Source of the DNA: Candidatus Marinacidobacterales bacterium
GTDB lineage: Bacteria > Acidobacteriota > Vicinamibacteria > Marinacidobacterales > SMYC01
Direction of reading: 5' to 3'
Length of the DNA stretch: 64,000 nucleotides
NCBI GenBank assembly: GCA_965237955.1
Contig: OZ250169.1
Span: 992,001 to 1,056,000 of the forward strand
Under the pieces are notes generated by a model, which was not told where the DNA came from, did not search any database, and saw only the letters and a program-made list of their open reading frames with translations. A program made the position numbers and the translations under genes. Positions 35,602 to 46,749 of this stretch are shown here, piece by piece (the first letter of the stretch is position 1; each line of letters opens with the position of its first letter).

Positions 35602-36519
35602 TTACCCGCCAACCTTTTGATAGGCCCGTTCAAGTAGCGGCTTCACGAGTTCGAGATCGCTCTGGCTCTTGACCGACAGCTCAAATGCGTTGTGCCCGAT
35701 GTTTGTCACGTCTCGGGCGAGTTTCTTGGGTACATCCACCTTCTTGGGATCGAGCTTGACGTAAAGGCGTACGCTGGCCTTATGGATCCTCATGGTCACG
35801 AAGTTCTGGGAGATCTTGTAGGCGATGAAGGACTTCTTTGGGATTTCGTTAACCGCTGGGTCGAGTCCAAGAACAAACCTCTGGATCGATCGCGCCAGCT
35901 CTTTCATCGGGGCTGGTTTGTCCTTGAAGTGCTGCTCAACAGTGTAGGAACCGGTCTTGCGCGATATGGCAGCTTTCTGGCCTGCCGTCAGCGTGCTTCC
36001 GGACGGTAAACCAGATGGGGAAGTAGTGATGGACTTCTGGAAGACCTCTTCGAGATAGAGCGAACTGTTCTCGAAGAATCGATAGGTCCAAAGCTCCAGA
36101 TTCGCTCCCATGACCTGAACAGCGTGCAAGTCGTACTTCTTGTAGTTCGGGGCGAGGCAGATGACTCGAATATCGGACCAATCCACCTCGACCTTATCAC
36201 CAAAGGACTTCCGAGCCGCGATTTCAAAATCTCCTTGATGATCCTGAATCCAGGCCAGGTAATAGAGACTCTGGTTAATCAGCTCAGAAGATTCCACTTT
36301 CTTGTATTCGATGATGACTGGGTTGTAGTCTTCCGAGAGCGCGAGCGTGTCTATCCGTCCAGCGTGCTGGGCACCGGTGGTGAACTCAGTAGCTACGAAA
36401 CGACACCCGAAGACAGATTCGAGATTGCTCTCGATCAACGTCTGTAGATTTTTTTCCGTCGCGAAGTTCGTCTGATTGACGGGGGACAGAGTGGTCTTGG
36501 CGACAGTGAAAAGGGGCAT
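35602..36519 (-). CDS. NucS/DUF91-like PD-(D/E)xK nuclease fused to DUF5655
   Basis: EKNLQ, GRIDTLA, VIIEYK, Q.LYY.W; C-terminal K..IAYK...NF..RDVTNIGH. Confidence 0.75.
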   Translation of the reverse strand: MPLFTVAKTTLSPVNQTNFATEKNLQTLIESNLESVFGCRFVATEFTTGAQHAGRIDTLALSEDYNPVIIEYKKVESSELINQSLYYLAWIQDHQGDFEIAARKSFGDKVEVDWSDIRVICLAPNYKKYDLHAVQVMGANLELWTYRFFENSSLYLEEVFQKSITTSPSGLPSGSTLTAGQKAAISRKTGSYTVEQHFKDKPAPMKELARSIQRFVLGLDPAVNEIPKKSFIAYKISQNFVTMRIHKASVRLYVKLDPKKVDVPKKLARDVTNIGHNAFELSVKSQSDLELVKPLLERAYQKVGG

Positions 36520-36880
36520 TCTCGCTCCTGGGTCAGGATTTGGTTCGGTGTTCAGCAGCGATAGCTGCTTGGACTCTCCAGGCTGAGCCTGGCGGGCCAC
36601 TGGATCACAACGTCGCCTTCCTCGAGAGTGTACGTGTCCTGTTTCATGCCTGACTTCGGCATGAGAGCATTCTGGATCTCGTTCCGGGAAGTTGACGATT
36701 CAACTCCCTTCTCAGTGCTCTCACCTGGAGGCAGTATATCGCCATCCGTGAGGCCCGCAAAGGTCATAGTTGCCTTGAATTGGGTGCTTCCGCAGTCAAG
36801 TGTTGGCGGCCGCCGCGTAACCTGTTCGCGTGCTAGAGTTTTAGCCTGATTTCGAGAGGCGCAGTTCTTTCGTCGATGCC

Positions 36881-36975
36881 TGTGCTCCGCAAAAAATCGA
36901 TCCGGCGTTGATTGCGCGTTTTAGACCTGCTATGTTCGGCTGCTTCTGACCGATCTTCTTTTTTTGCGGATCACA
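36881..36975. mobile_element. E-family MITE, short form (95 bp)
   Basis: TGTGCTCCGCAAAAAA...TTTTTTGCGGATCACA. Confidence 0.85.
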
Positions 36976-37038
36976 AGGGGACAGCCCAGTTCGGTATTGC
37001 TCTTGGGCATCCCTTTCAGGGATACTTATACTGTCCTC

Positions 37039-37332
37039 ATGCGGGTCATCGCGAAGCGGACACTGCGCGCTTATTGGGAAAAGGACCGCAGGGCAGAACA
37101 ACCGCTGAAGGCATGGTATGCGATCGCAGCGAAAGCCGAGTGGTCCTCTCCGGCGGACGTAAAGGCTGTTTATGGAAATGCCAGCATCGTTGGAAACGAC
37201 CGGGTTGTATTTAATATCGGCGGGAACAGGTATCGGCTTGTCGTCCGTTTCGACTATGCGAGCCGGATCGGATTCGTGCGTTTCGTGGGAACGCACGCCG
37301 AATACGATGCGGTCGATGCATCCAATGCCTAG
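37039..37332 (+). CDS. higB: HigB toxin
   Basis: MRVIAKRTLR..W..VFNIGGNRYRLV..FVGTHAEYD. Confidence 0.9.
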   Translation: MRVIAKRTLRAYWEKDRRAEQPLKAWYAIAAKAEWSSPADVKAVYGNASIVGNDRVVFNIGGNRYRLVVRFDYASRIGFVRFVGTHAEYDAVDASNA

Positions 37333-37341
37333 GAGTGCAAC

Positions 37342-37716
37342 ATGAACATCAAACCGATCAAGAGCGAAGCCGACTACGACGCCGCGTTAACCGCGATCGA
37401 CGGCCTGATGGGCGCCGCGCCGGACACGCCCGAAAGCGACAAACTTGAGGTTCTCGTTACCCTTGTAGAAGCTTACGAAGCCGAGCGCTGGCCGATAGAG
37501 GCACCGGATCCGATCTCGGCGATTGAGCACGTCATGGAGGCCCGTGGCCTGCGCCAGAAAGACTTCGGAGCGCTGATTGGCTCCCAGCCACGTGCTTCGG
37601 AAGTGCTCAACCGACAGCGCCCGCTCACTCTGCCGATGATCCGAGCCCTGTCGATCGGATGGAACCTTCCTGCCGACGTGCTTGTACGCGAGTACGACCT
37701 CGCGAACACGACATAA
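37342..37716 (+). CDS. higA: HigA antitoxin (HTH)
   Basis: IKPIKSEADY..LVEAYE..PDPI..SEVLNRQRPLTLPMIR. Confidence 0.9.
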   Translation: MNIKPIKSEADYDAALTAIDGLMGAAPDTPESDKLEVLVTLVEAYEAERWPIEAPDPISAIEHVMEARGLRQKDFGALIGSQPRASEVLNRQRPLTLPMIRALSIGWNLPADVLVREYDLANTT

Positions 37717-37735
37717 CATATAGGAACCAACTACC

Positions 37736-37896
37736 TGTGTTCCGCAAAAACTCGATCCGTCGTTGATTCCGCAGTTTAGAGCTGCAAGGATTGGCCGTTT
37801 CGCGACGAATGGATGAGGTGATCCGACGTCATTGTAAACGTCGAAAGGTTCGCTCTTGCGGTCTATTTCAAAAGGGCCGAGTTTTGGCACAGGACG
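37736..37896. mobile_element. Hybrid mini-element (E end + A end)
   Basis: TGTGTTCCGCAAAAA...GGCACAGGACG. Confidence 0.7.
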
Positions 37897-39122
37897 CGGT
37901 CCAGCCGTCGGCCGCGACCACGTCTCAAGACCAGCTTCAGTTTCTCTTTCAGCCGTTTCACTGACTCCGGAGCCACTTTCAGCCGGGGCGTACGGTGCAC
38001 GGTAACGCTATACCCCAGAAATTTTCGTCTCCAGGGGCGCGCCACCGCGCTCTTGTCCCGATTGACCTTCAGCCGGAGACGTTCCCATAGGAACTTCTCT
38101 AGTGATTCCATCACCCGTTCGCCTGCGCGCCGCGACTGCACGTACACGTTACCGTCATCGGCGTATCGGCAGAAACGATGCCCACGTCGTTCCAGTTCTT
38201 TGTCCAGCTCATCGAGCAGGACATTACTGAGCAACGGGGACAGCGGGCCACCTTGCGGCGTCCCTTCGCGTCGGGGCGACACCACTCCACCCTCCATCAT
38301 TCCCGCCTGTAAATAGCGACGAATGAGACGGAGGACCTGTGGGTCCTTCACTCGTCGGGCGCCGCGACATCAGGATGTCGTGGTTCACTCGGTCAAAGAA
38401 CTTTTCCAGGTCCAGGTCCACCACCCACCGGTAACCCGCTGTCATGTGAAGACGGGACCAGCTCACTGCTCCCAAAGCGCTACGTCCCGGACGGAAGCCA
38501 AAGCTCCATTTCGAGAACGTAGGCTCGAACAGCGGCGTGAGAACCTGTAGCAGGGCTTGTTGGATCATTCGGTCCAGCACCGTCGGGATACCCAGCATGC
38601 GAGTTCCTTTTCCTCCCGGCTTCGGTATCTCTACCTTTCTCACCGGGGCGGGATGGTACTCGCCGCTTCGTATCTCTTCTCGGATGCGCGACCAGTGCTC
38701 ACGGCAGTACGCTATTAGCTCGTCCACGGTTATTCCGTCGACTCCTGGCGCACCGCCGTTTGCCACCACTCGCTTATGCGCTTTCATCATGTTCTCTCGG
38801 CGCAGCACCTCCTCGATGAGCAGCAAAGCCTCGTCGTTGGCTTTGTCTCCACGTGCCGTGAGCGCTTGACGCGCAGAAGTCGTATCCTCAGCGGTTCCGC
38901 CGCCTACTTTCCGATTCCGCTCCGGCTTCTCAGCCTTCTGCTCTGCGTCTTGTTCTCTCATCGAACGTTTCGAGCCAACTCGGCTCCTCGTGTTCGGTCC
39001 TTTACCGCTGTGCGCTGCGGTTTAGTATGACCTCGGCTGACTTCTGCTCATCCATCGCCACGCTTCTCAGCGTTGCTAGCCCTGTGGCAGACAAGCAGAT
39101 CTCCCAGGGTAAGGCGCGTGAC
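37897..39122 (-). pseudogene. ltrA: Group II intron (class C-like) remnant with frameshifted, truncated RT (from 38961)
   Basis: GAPGVDG, RMLGIPT, DLEKFFD, PQGGPLSP, RYADD; upstream intron RNA motif TACCCTGGGAGATCT..AGAAGTCAGC. Confidence 0.88.
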
Positions 39123-39342
39123 TGCGTATTCCGGGGCATCGTGAACGCAGATTCCAGCCGAAGGTGAACATCCATTCCAAAGCATCGTGAACACGGATTC
39201 CGGGGATCGTGAACATCGATTCCGGGGAAGGTGAACACGGATTCCAGGCAACGTGAACGCCGGTTCCGGCATCGCGAACGCTCATCGATAGCACGTTTCA
39301 AGGCAACTCTAGGTCGTACCCGGAAGGAGGACGATCTAGGAA

Positions 39343-40899
39343 ATGGCAGCTAAGAGGTTATCGATGAGAAAAATACGAGAGGTTCTAAGGTTAAAGTACG
39401 AGCTGGGTTTTACTCACCGCATGATCGCAAAGGCACTTCGCGTGGCGGTTGGAACGGTGAGTGAGTACCTGGCCAAGGCGAAGAAGGGTGGTCTGAGGTG
39501 GCCGCTCCCGGAGGAGCTGAGCGAAGGGGAGCTGGAGGCAGGGCTGTTTCCGCCGCCGGGCTCGTCTGGCGCACGGCCGGGTCTGGACTATGCCCACATC
39601 CACGAGGAGCTGAGGCGTCACCGAGAGCTGACGTTGCTGCAGCTGTGGGTGGAGTACGCGGAGAATAAGCCGGGAGCGTACGGCTACAGCCGTTATTGCG
39701 AGCTGTACGGTCAGTGGAAGAAGAAGCTGAACCCGACGATGCGTCAACGGCATCGAGCAGGCGAGAAGACATTCGTCGATTTTTCGGGGAAGAAGCCTCA
39801 CATCGTCGATCCGAAAACGGGAGAGCTCGTCGAAATGGAGCTGTTCGTCGGGACGTTGGGCGCGAGCAGTTACACCTACGTCGAAGCGACACTGAACCAG
39901 TCGCTGGAATCGTGGGCGAAGGCCCATAAGGGGATGTCGGATTACTTCGGTGGCAGTACGGAGATCTGGGTTCCGGACAACTTGAAGAGCGGCGTGGATT
40001 TGGTGGACCGTTACGAGCCAGGGATCAACCGGACGTACGAAGAGCTGGCGACGCATTACGGTGCGGTTGTGGTCCCGGCTCGGGTGTTCAAGCCGAAAGA
40101 CAAAGCGAAGGTGGAGTCGGCAGTGCAGGTGGCGCAGCGCTGGATCCTGGCGGTGCTTCGTCATCGCACGTTCTTCAGCCTGGCGGAACTGAACGAAGCC
40201 ATCTGGGAGAAGTTAGAGGTCCTGAATGCGCGTCCGATGCAGAAGCTCGGTGTGAGTCGGCGGGAGTTGTACGAAAGGCTAGACCGGCCCGTACTGAAAC
40301 CGCTACCGCAGGAGAGCTACGAGTTATCGACGTGGAAGCGGTGCAGAGTGAACATCGACTACCACGTGGAGGTGGAGAACAACTTGTACAGCGTTCCCTA
40401 TCAGCTCATTCACGAGAAAGTCGAGGCACGGGTGACGGCCTCGGTGGTGGAGGTCCTGTTCAAGGGAAAGCGCGTCGCGTCGCATCCCCGCAAGAAAGGA
40501 AAGGGGCACTACTCCACGAACCCGGAGCATATGCCACGTTCGCATCGGGAGCACCTGGAGTGGACGCCGTCGCGGCTGCTCCACTGGGCGGAGCAGTCAG
40601 GTCGCGCCACGGGAAGGCTGGTTGCGGGGATTCTAGAGAGTCGGCCTCACCCGGAGCAGGGATTTCGCTCTTGCCTGGGAGTCATGCGACTAGGCAGCCG
40701 CTGGGGCAGTGAGCGTCTCGAGGCCGCTTGCGCACGAGCGGAAGCTTTGAGCTCTTACAGCTATCGCACGGTGAAAAACATTCTCTCGGCTGGTCTGGAT
40801 CGTGTGGTGCTCGAATCGGACGCCGAAGCGAAACCGCGAGAGGAGCACGAGAACATCCGAGGCGCGGATCACTACGAAGGAGGAGAGTCCCGATGCTGA
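39343..40899 (+). CDS. istA: IS21 transposase IstA
   Basis: FVDFSG, PDNLK, KDKAKVE. Confidence 0.93.
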   Translation: MAAKRLSMRKIREVLRLKYELGFTHRMIAKALRVAVGTVSEYLAKAKKGGLRWPLPEELSEGELEAGLFPPPGSSGARPGLDYAHIHEELRRHRELTLLQLWVEYAENKPGAYGYSRYCELYGQWKKKLNPTMRQRHRAGEKTFVDFSGKKPHIVDPKTGELVEMELFVGTLGASSYTYVEATLNQSLESWAKAHKGMSDYFGGSTEIWVPDNLKSGVDLVDRYEPGINRTYEELATHYGAVVVPARVFKPKDKAKVESAVQVAQRWILAVLRHRTFFSLAELNEAIWEKLEVLNARPMQKLGVSRRELYERLDRPVLKPLPQESYELSTWKRCRVNIDYHVEVENNLYSVPYQLIHEKVEARVTASVVEVLFKGKRVASHPRKKGKGHYSTNPEHMPRSHREHLEWTPSRLLHWAEQSGRATGRLVAGILESRPHPEQGFRSCLGVMRLGSRWGSERLEAACARAEALSSYSYRTVKNILSAGLDRVVLESDAEAKPREEHENIRGADHYEGGESRC

Positions 40900-41651
40900 C
40901 ACCCGAAACGATAGAAAAGATGAACGCCATGAAGTTGTTCGGCTTGGTGTCCGCGTTCGAAACCCAGTTGAGCTCGAGCGAATACAAGGAGCTGAGCTTC
41001 GAGGAACGTGTGGGACTCCTGGTCGATGCCGAGTGGACCGCCCGCGAACAGCGTAAGCTTTCTCGACGACTGCGAGCGGCAAAGCTCCGCTATCCGGCAT
41101 GTTTGGAGAACGTGAACTTCCAAGCGCCTCGAGGCTTAAACCGCGAACAGATCTTGAGCCTGGGCAACTGCCGCTTTGTCGGTGAGCGCCATAACCTGCT
41201 CATCACCGGCCCGACGGGGATTGGCAAATCGTTCTTGGCTTGCGCCTTCGTGGAGCGGGCCTGTCGTCGCGGCTTCACCGGATGCTACGTGCGAGCACCG
41301 CGCTTGCTCCACGAGCTCGCGGTCGCTCGTGGTGATGGTTCCTACGCCCGGCTTTTGACGAAACTCGCCAAGCTGGACTTACTGGCTATCGATGATTGGC
41401 TGCTTCACCCGCTGAAAGAATCGGAGAGACGGGATCTAATGGAGGTCATCGAAGACCGCGCCGAGCGTGGCTCCACACTCATCGCGACCCAGATTCCGCT
41501 CAAGCAGTGGCACGAAGCGATTGGCGACCCAAACCAGGCAGACGCTATCTGCGATCGCATTCTCCACAGCGCGCACCGCATCACTCTCAAAGGAGCTTCT
41601 CTGAGAAAGACCAAGGCTGCGCCAAAGGCATTTGACAACGCCGATGCATGA
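40893..41651 (+). CDS. istB: IS21 ATPase IstB
   Basis: GPTGIGKS, LLAIDDW, AICDRI. Confidence 0.93.
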   Translation: MLTPETIEKMNAMKLFGLVSAFETQLSSSEYKELSFEERVGLLVDAEWTAREQRKLSRRLRAAKLRYPACLENVNFQAPRGLNREQILSLGNCRFVGERHNLLITGPTGIGKSFLACAFVERACRRGFTGCYVRAPRLLHELAVARGDGSYARLLTKLAKLDLLAIDDWLLHPLKESERRDLMEVIEDRAERGSTLIATQIPLKQWHEAIGDPNQADAICDRILHSAHRITLKGASLRKTKAAPKAFDNADA

Positions 41652-42110
41652 GCGAGCGAGGGACCACAGCGTCGATGCGATAAAAACGGGTGAAACCGCC
41701 AAACCCGGGGTACCAGACGATGCGGCGCCAAAACGACGCGCGAGAATGCCTCAGGAAGCGTCTTCTCGAGCCAGGCCATACCCCAGCAACCCCCCGAAAC
41801 CAGCCCCACATCGCCCGGGGTTCGGCCGCGGCAGGTCGCTGCCTACGGGAGCGGGAAGGTCGCTTCGCGTCTTTCCTTACGCCCGCTCCCTCCGGCACCG
41901 ACCTGCCGCCCCTTGCTACACAACACGCAGGTAAGATAGGTTCACGTTTTCAATCAGTGGGAAGGAGGTCACCCAACACTTCATCGCTTCGATGAGCGTT
42001 CGGCTTCACCGGATTCGCTGTTCAGCTTGCTCTGGATTCGGCGTTCACGATGGCGGGAATACGCAGCTTGCTGCTAACCGAGCCCATTCACGAAGTGGGC
42101 GCTGGCAGGC

Positions 42111-42983
42111 TCACAGCGTTTTGACGAGCACTCGCTGTTTCTCCCAATCGTCGGGAAGTGGATGATGCAAGAGGTAGCTCGAGGTCAGCCCAACGGGCTG
42201 GCGGCCTTCGACAATGGCGCGGACGATGTCGGGAGCCAGGAAGGCATAACGGATTGCCTTGCGCACGCGGTCCGTTGGTATGGCGTCTTCGGTGGCAATC
42301 TGCTCATAGGTTTTGCCTGCTTTGATCCGGTCGAGCCAGGAGAGGGCGTTAGCGATATTGCGCAGGAGTGTGCGGTCGACGGATTTCGTGGGGTTGCCCA
42401 GAACGAGCTTGGTCTCGACGCCGCGTAGGCGCAAGCGGAACGGTGCGCGGATACGGAGTGCATCCTCGCGAATGCGCTCGGGTCCCATAGAGAGGCAAGC
42501 AGCGAACGCATTGCGGTCGAGCAGGATGGACACAGAGCCGGGGCTGATATCGACCCGCCGGATAAGACGGAGCAGGGGGGCTGCCGAGGCACTATCATCA
42601 TTGCTACCGGAACACAGCCCGTCTAAAAAGCGACGCACCGAGGCGAGCTCTTGCATCGTCGGAGTGTGGATCAACGAGGCCGAGAAGGTCGTAGCATCCA
42701 CATGCTGTCGGATGAGATGCACGACGGTCTGTTCCAGCATCGGGGCGGGCAGTCGCCAGCCGGAGAGGTCCTTTTGGCCACTGTGCTGGATGAGGCGCCG
42801 GGAGACGTAGTAGCGGAGCCGTTGCCCGTTTTTCTTTTTGGTGTGGCTCGGCGTCAGCCGGTCCCCGGTCTCGTCGAAGAGCTTGCCTGCCAGTGGGGAA
42901 CGGGCTGCACGGCCCTTCGTCGTGCGTCTCCTTGGTTTGGCAGCCTCTGCCTGCAGCTGCGTTTGGACCGCGTCCCAGAGCTC
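42111..42983 (-). pseudogene. Large serine recombinase C-terminal half
   Basis: [45 protein letters not shown]. Confidence 0.75.
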
Positions 42984-43888
42984 GTGGTGGGGATGGCGAA
43001 GTCGAATCCGAAGTGGGGGTATACACGCATTCGCGGCGCCCTCTCGAATCTCGGCCATATCGTAGCCAGGAGCACCATCGCCAATATTCTGCGAGAACAT
43101 GGCATCGAGCCTGCGCCGGAGCGAAGTGAGCGAACGCCATGGCGCACGTTTCTCGCCGCCCATTGGGAAACCGTTGCTGCGACCGACTTCTTCACCGTCG
43201 AGGTCGCCACAGTTCGCAGGCTCGTGACCTACTACGTGCTCGTCGTCGTCGAGCTGTCTTCGCGAAAAGTACACATTGCCGGAATAACTCCCGGGCCAGA
43301 TGGCCCGTTCATGATGCAGGTCGGTCGGAATCTCACCGACCCATTCGACGGCTTTCTGCGCGGCAAGCGATTCCTCATCCTGGACCGCGACAAGAAGTTC
43401 ACCACGGAGTTTCGCGATTTGCTGGAGCACGCCGGAACGGACGTCATTCGGCTGCCGCACCGTTCGCCGAATCTGAACGCTTACGTCGAAAGGTTTGTTT
43501 TGTCGATCAAGAGCGAGTGCTTGGAGCGGATGATCTTTTTCAGTGAGCCATCGCTGCGTCGTGCCGTCACTGAGTTCATCCATCATTATGACGGAGAGCG
43601 CAACCATCAAGGGCTTGGGAATGCGTTGCTCGAAGCGGAAGAATGCGTCGGCAGTCCTCACGGGAAAGTGCGATGTCGTAAGAGATTGGGCGGCTTGCTC
43701 AGCTATTACCACCGCGACGCCGCATAGGAGTTCGGGCGCGCCAGCTGGACGTAACGGATGGTTTGGAGGAGAGGTCTGCTCGGGAGCGCCTATCGCAGAG
43801 CCAGTGCCGCGTCGGCTGGTCTCCGTGAATCTCGAGAACGCCTCCAGGATTCGAGCTTTCGGCTCCGTTCGCATTTTCGGACACGACG
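42978..43888 (+). mobile_element. B-family element, 5'-truncated
   Basis: Transposase C-part to 43727; end TTTTCGGACACGACG. Confidence 0.85.
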
Positions 43889-43954
43889 GGGTGGGCCGTG
43901 CGGTTGCCGGGTTATGTGCCTGAGGTTTTGAGCCCGCGAGCTGGGTCTTACGCC

Positions 43955-44044
43955 TGTGCTCCGCAAAAAGTCTATCCAGCGTTGATTGCGCGTTTTAGAC
44001 CTGCTATGGCTGCTTCCGGCCGATCTTCTTTTTTGCGGAGCACA
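43955..44044. mobile_element. E-family MITE (90 bp) abutting a clipped A end (44045-44066)
   Basis: TGTGCTCCGCAAAAA...TTTTTGCGGAGCACA. Confidence 0.85.
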
Positions 44045-44066
44045 GGTCGAGTTTTGGCACAGGACG

Positions 44067-44297
44067 CGCAACAGCACCCAAAACTCGCGGTCGACATTCG
44101 AGAGCCGCAGCCGTTTCACCGAACGGCGGAGGACGGCGAGCTGCTGCCGAAGAGCGACATTCTCGAGAGCCAGCTCGCGACGAGCCTTGAAGGCAGAGAC
44201 GAGAGCGCGAACAAACGACGAAATCATGCCGGCATGGTCCCGGCAGACCGGAGACCAATCAAGTTCGGTGCGCGCGGATGAACAAATAGAAGGCACA
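44067..44297 (-). mobile_element. C-family end plus transposase N-terminal fragment
   Basis: Matches 45256-45487. Confidence 0.8.
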
Positions 44298-44401
44298 GGC
44301 GTTCTATGGTCGTCCACAGGCGCTCCGGCTCGACAACGGCCCGGAGCTGACAGCCTAGGTCTTCGTCGACTGGTGTAACCGGCGCGGCATCGCCCGGTAC
44401 T

Positions 44402-45487
44402 CGTCCTGTCCAAAAACACAAACGAACTCAAGACCAGCGCGCCGGGCCGTTTCGATCGTCATCGACTTGTGGCGAGCCCCAGTTCTGGGACGTGTCGGAG
44501 GCGATGTCGGCGATTCGGGTTCCCCCGTACGCGCAGGGAAAACACCGTCCAGCAACGGGATGCCACGGCTCCCGGGCGGAGAGAGGACGATCACGTGGTC
44601 GAGACACTCACGTCGAATGGAGCCGATCATCCTTTCGACCAATGGATTCTGCCACGGGGAGCGCGGTGCGGTAAGGACCTGCTCGATCCCGAGACCGTCG
44701 ACGCGAGTATCGAAGTACGCTCCGTAGGTCTGGTCTCGATCCCGTACCAGGTACCGAGGCGCCGTGTCCCATGGAAAAGCATCGACCATTTGCTGCGCCG
44801 TCCACTCGGCAGAAGGATGTTCGGTGACATTGAAATGAACGATACGGCGACGGTCGTGGCGAAGGACGATGAAGACGAACAGAACTCTGAAGGTTGCGGT
44901 CGGCAAAGTGAAAAAGTCGAGCGACACCAAGTCCTTTACATTGATTATCGAGAAAGCTCCGCCAAGTATGGGACGGTGGCATGCGATGGCGAACCATATA
45001 CTTGGAGACGGCTGCCTGGGAAATGGAGATGCCTAGCTTCGCCAGCTCGCCATGCACGCGGGGAGCTCCCCAGAGAGGGTTGGCCCTGCTCATGTTCCGA
45101 ATCAGCTCACGTATTTCGGGAGCGACGCTTGGTCGTCCGGGCCTACGCCGTCGGCTCTTCCAAGTCCAATATCGTCCGAACCCACAACGGTGCCAGCGGA
45201 TGACCGTCTCAGGTTTCACGATGACGAGGACGCTCTCCCAGTCAGTCCAGATTCTGCGCAACAGCACCCAAAACCCGCGGTCGACCTTCGAGAGCCGCGG
45301 CCGTTTCACGGAACGGCGGAGCACGGCGAGCTGCTGCCGAAGAGCGACATTCTCAAGAGCCAGCTCGCGACGAGCCTTGAAGGCAGAGATGAGAGCGGGA
45401 ACCAACGACGAAATCATGCCGGCATGGTGCTGGCAGACCGGAGATTAATCAAGTTTGGTGCGCGCGGATGAATAAATAGAAGGCACA
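44402..45487 (-). mobile_element. C-family rve-integrase element (frameshifted, C-truncated) closed by a D end
   Basis: LALENVALRQQL, NPLWGAPR, DFFT, RDRD, SPWQNP.VER; C-terminal VGGLHHYY.RAA piece lies at 51526-51578. Confidence 0.8.
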
Positions 45488-45562
45488 GCGTCTGGAACCT
45501 TGTTGGCGCGAATTCGACGACCGACGAGCTACCGCTCGAGGTGCTCTCGGGTAATCTCAACC

Positions 45563-46099
45563 TCAGGAAGCTCTGGCATGATCATTCACCCAACGTCCCA
45601 GACTTCGCCAGCAGCGAAGCATGTCGTCGTAGCTGTAGTGCGCATTGCGACCACTAGGGTTCGGAAGAACGAACAACCGTGAGCCTCCCAGAATTTCGCC
45701 GCGCGGTCCGCATTCGATTATCTTCGGTACGCGACCGGCGGAGAGTTCAGGCCAGAACCCTCGAAAAACGGTGACCCCGAGGAAGCCGACGGCCTTCGGA
45801 CTGTAACGCATCACCTTCTCGGCGAGAAGCCTACGCCCTTTCTCGAAGTCGACCCGGTCGAGTTCCGAGCTCCCACGCGACGCCCTCGCGACGATACTGG
45901 TCAAACCGATACCGTACTCGGGCAGACGCAAGTCATCCTCGTAGGTCATGAGCCGCGGGACCAGTCCAGACTCGTGCAGCAACCTCCAGAACTTGTTTCC
46001 ACGGCCGGCAAAGTGATGGCCAAGCTCATCGGATCGCTTCCCTGGATTGATCCCGACCAGCAGGACGTCGAGGCCGTGGGAAAGGTAGTCCGGTAACAC
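45563..46099 (-). CDS. mug: Mismatch-specific (G:T/U) DNA glycosylase
   Basis: VGINPG, HHFA..GNKFW, LPNPSGRNA. Confidence 0.88.
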   Translation of the reverse strand: MLPDYLSHGLDVLLVGINPGKRSDELGHHFAGRGNKFWRLLHESGLVPRLMTYEDDLRLPEYGIGLTSIVARASRGSSELDRVDFEKGRRLLAEKVMRYSPKAVGFLGVTVFRGFWPELSAGRVPKIIECGPRGEILGGSRLFVLPNPSGRNAHYSYDDMLRCWRSLGRWVNDHARAS

Positions 46100-46749
46100 T
46101 CGGAAAGCATAGCGCAGGGCGGTGTGCTCCGTAAAAAGTCGATCCAGCGTTGATTGCGCGGTTTAGAGCTGCCATGCTCGGCTGCTTCGTGCTGGTCGAC
46201 CGGACGACGCCACCCGGCGTCTTAGGGACGTGGAGAGGCTCGCTCTTGCGACTGTTTTCGAATATCCGGCCTATTCTCCTGGACGCCGTCGCGTTCGCTT
46301 CGCAACGTATGCTGCTCGCGCAGCGCCCTCGCCGCAGAGAACTTTTCCGGAAGACGATTGGGTGCGAGCACGACTGCAAACGTGGCACAGCGGTCATTAC
46401 CAAGGGGCTGAGGGATCGTCGTTCCAACACGCGCGGGTAGGATGTGTCTGCGGTATGCGGGCCAGCGTGTCGGACAACGTGAGGCCTAGAGCGTGTCCTT
46501 CGATTCCAGCCTCTTCGAAGAGCTTTGCCAGGAACTTGCCTATCGCCTCCAGCTCGCTGAGGTTCGGGGTGAGCATCTAAAAGTGCACCACCCCCGGTGG
46601 GAGGGGCGCACGCACGCAAAGATCCATGTCCCCACGCCCACTGTCGGCGAAGCGGGCAACGACCATCTCGTCGGGACGGAGCTCGATCCCCACACCGGAT
46701 GGGGCCGGCTCCAAGAGCCAGCGCTTCAATTGGCTGAGTCTAGAACGCG

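Larger units (their letters stand above)
39123..42065 (+). mobile_element. IS21-family element, complete
   Basis: TGCGTATTCC...GGAATACGCA; multiple subterminal GTGAAC repeats; no TSD visible. Confidence 0.93.

Noticed and set aside
37897-38961. RT as a retron, DGR or defence RT
   Set aside because: It has group II intron RT motifs and adjacent intron RNA; it is frameshifted and truncated.
39123-39290. Periodic GTGAAC repeats as CRISPR repeats or iterons
   Set aside because: They are the typical multiple subterminal repeats of IS21 ends.
42066-42110. Possible 5' end of the group II intron beyond IS21
   Set aside because: There is no TSD around IS21 and no GTGCG start, so the flanks are not contiguous.
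42111-43874. 587-aa ORF as a novel fusion protein
   Set aside because: The N-half is the antisense of the B transposase; only the C-half is a real recombinase fragment.
46380-46730. Possible PilM-like minus-strand fragment
   Set aside because: It contains a stop and a frameshift and the resemblance is too weak to support a call.
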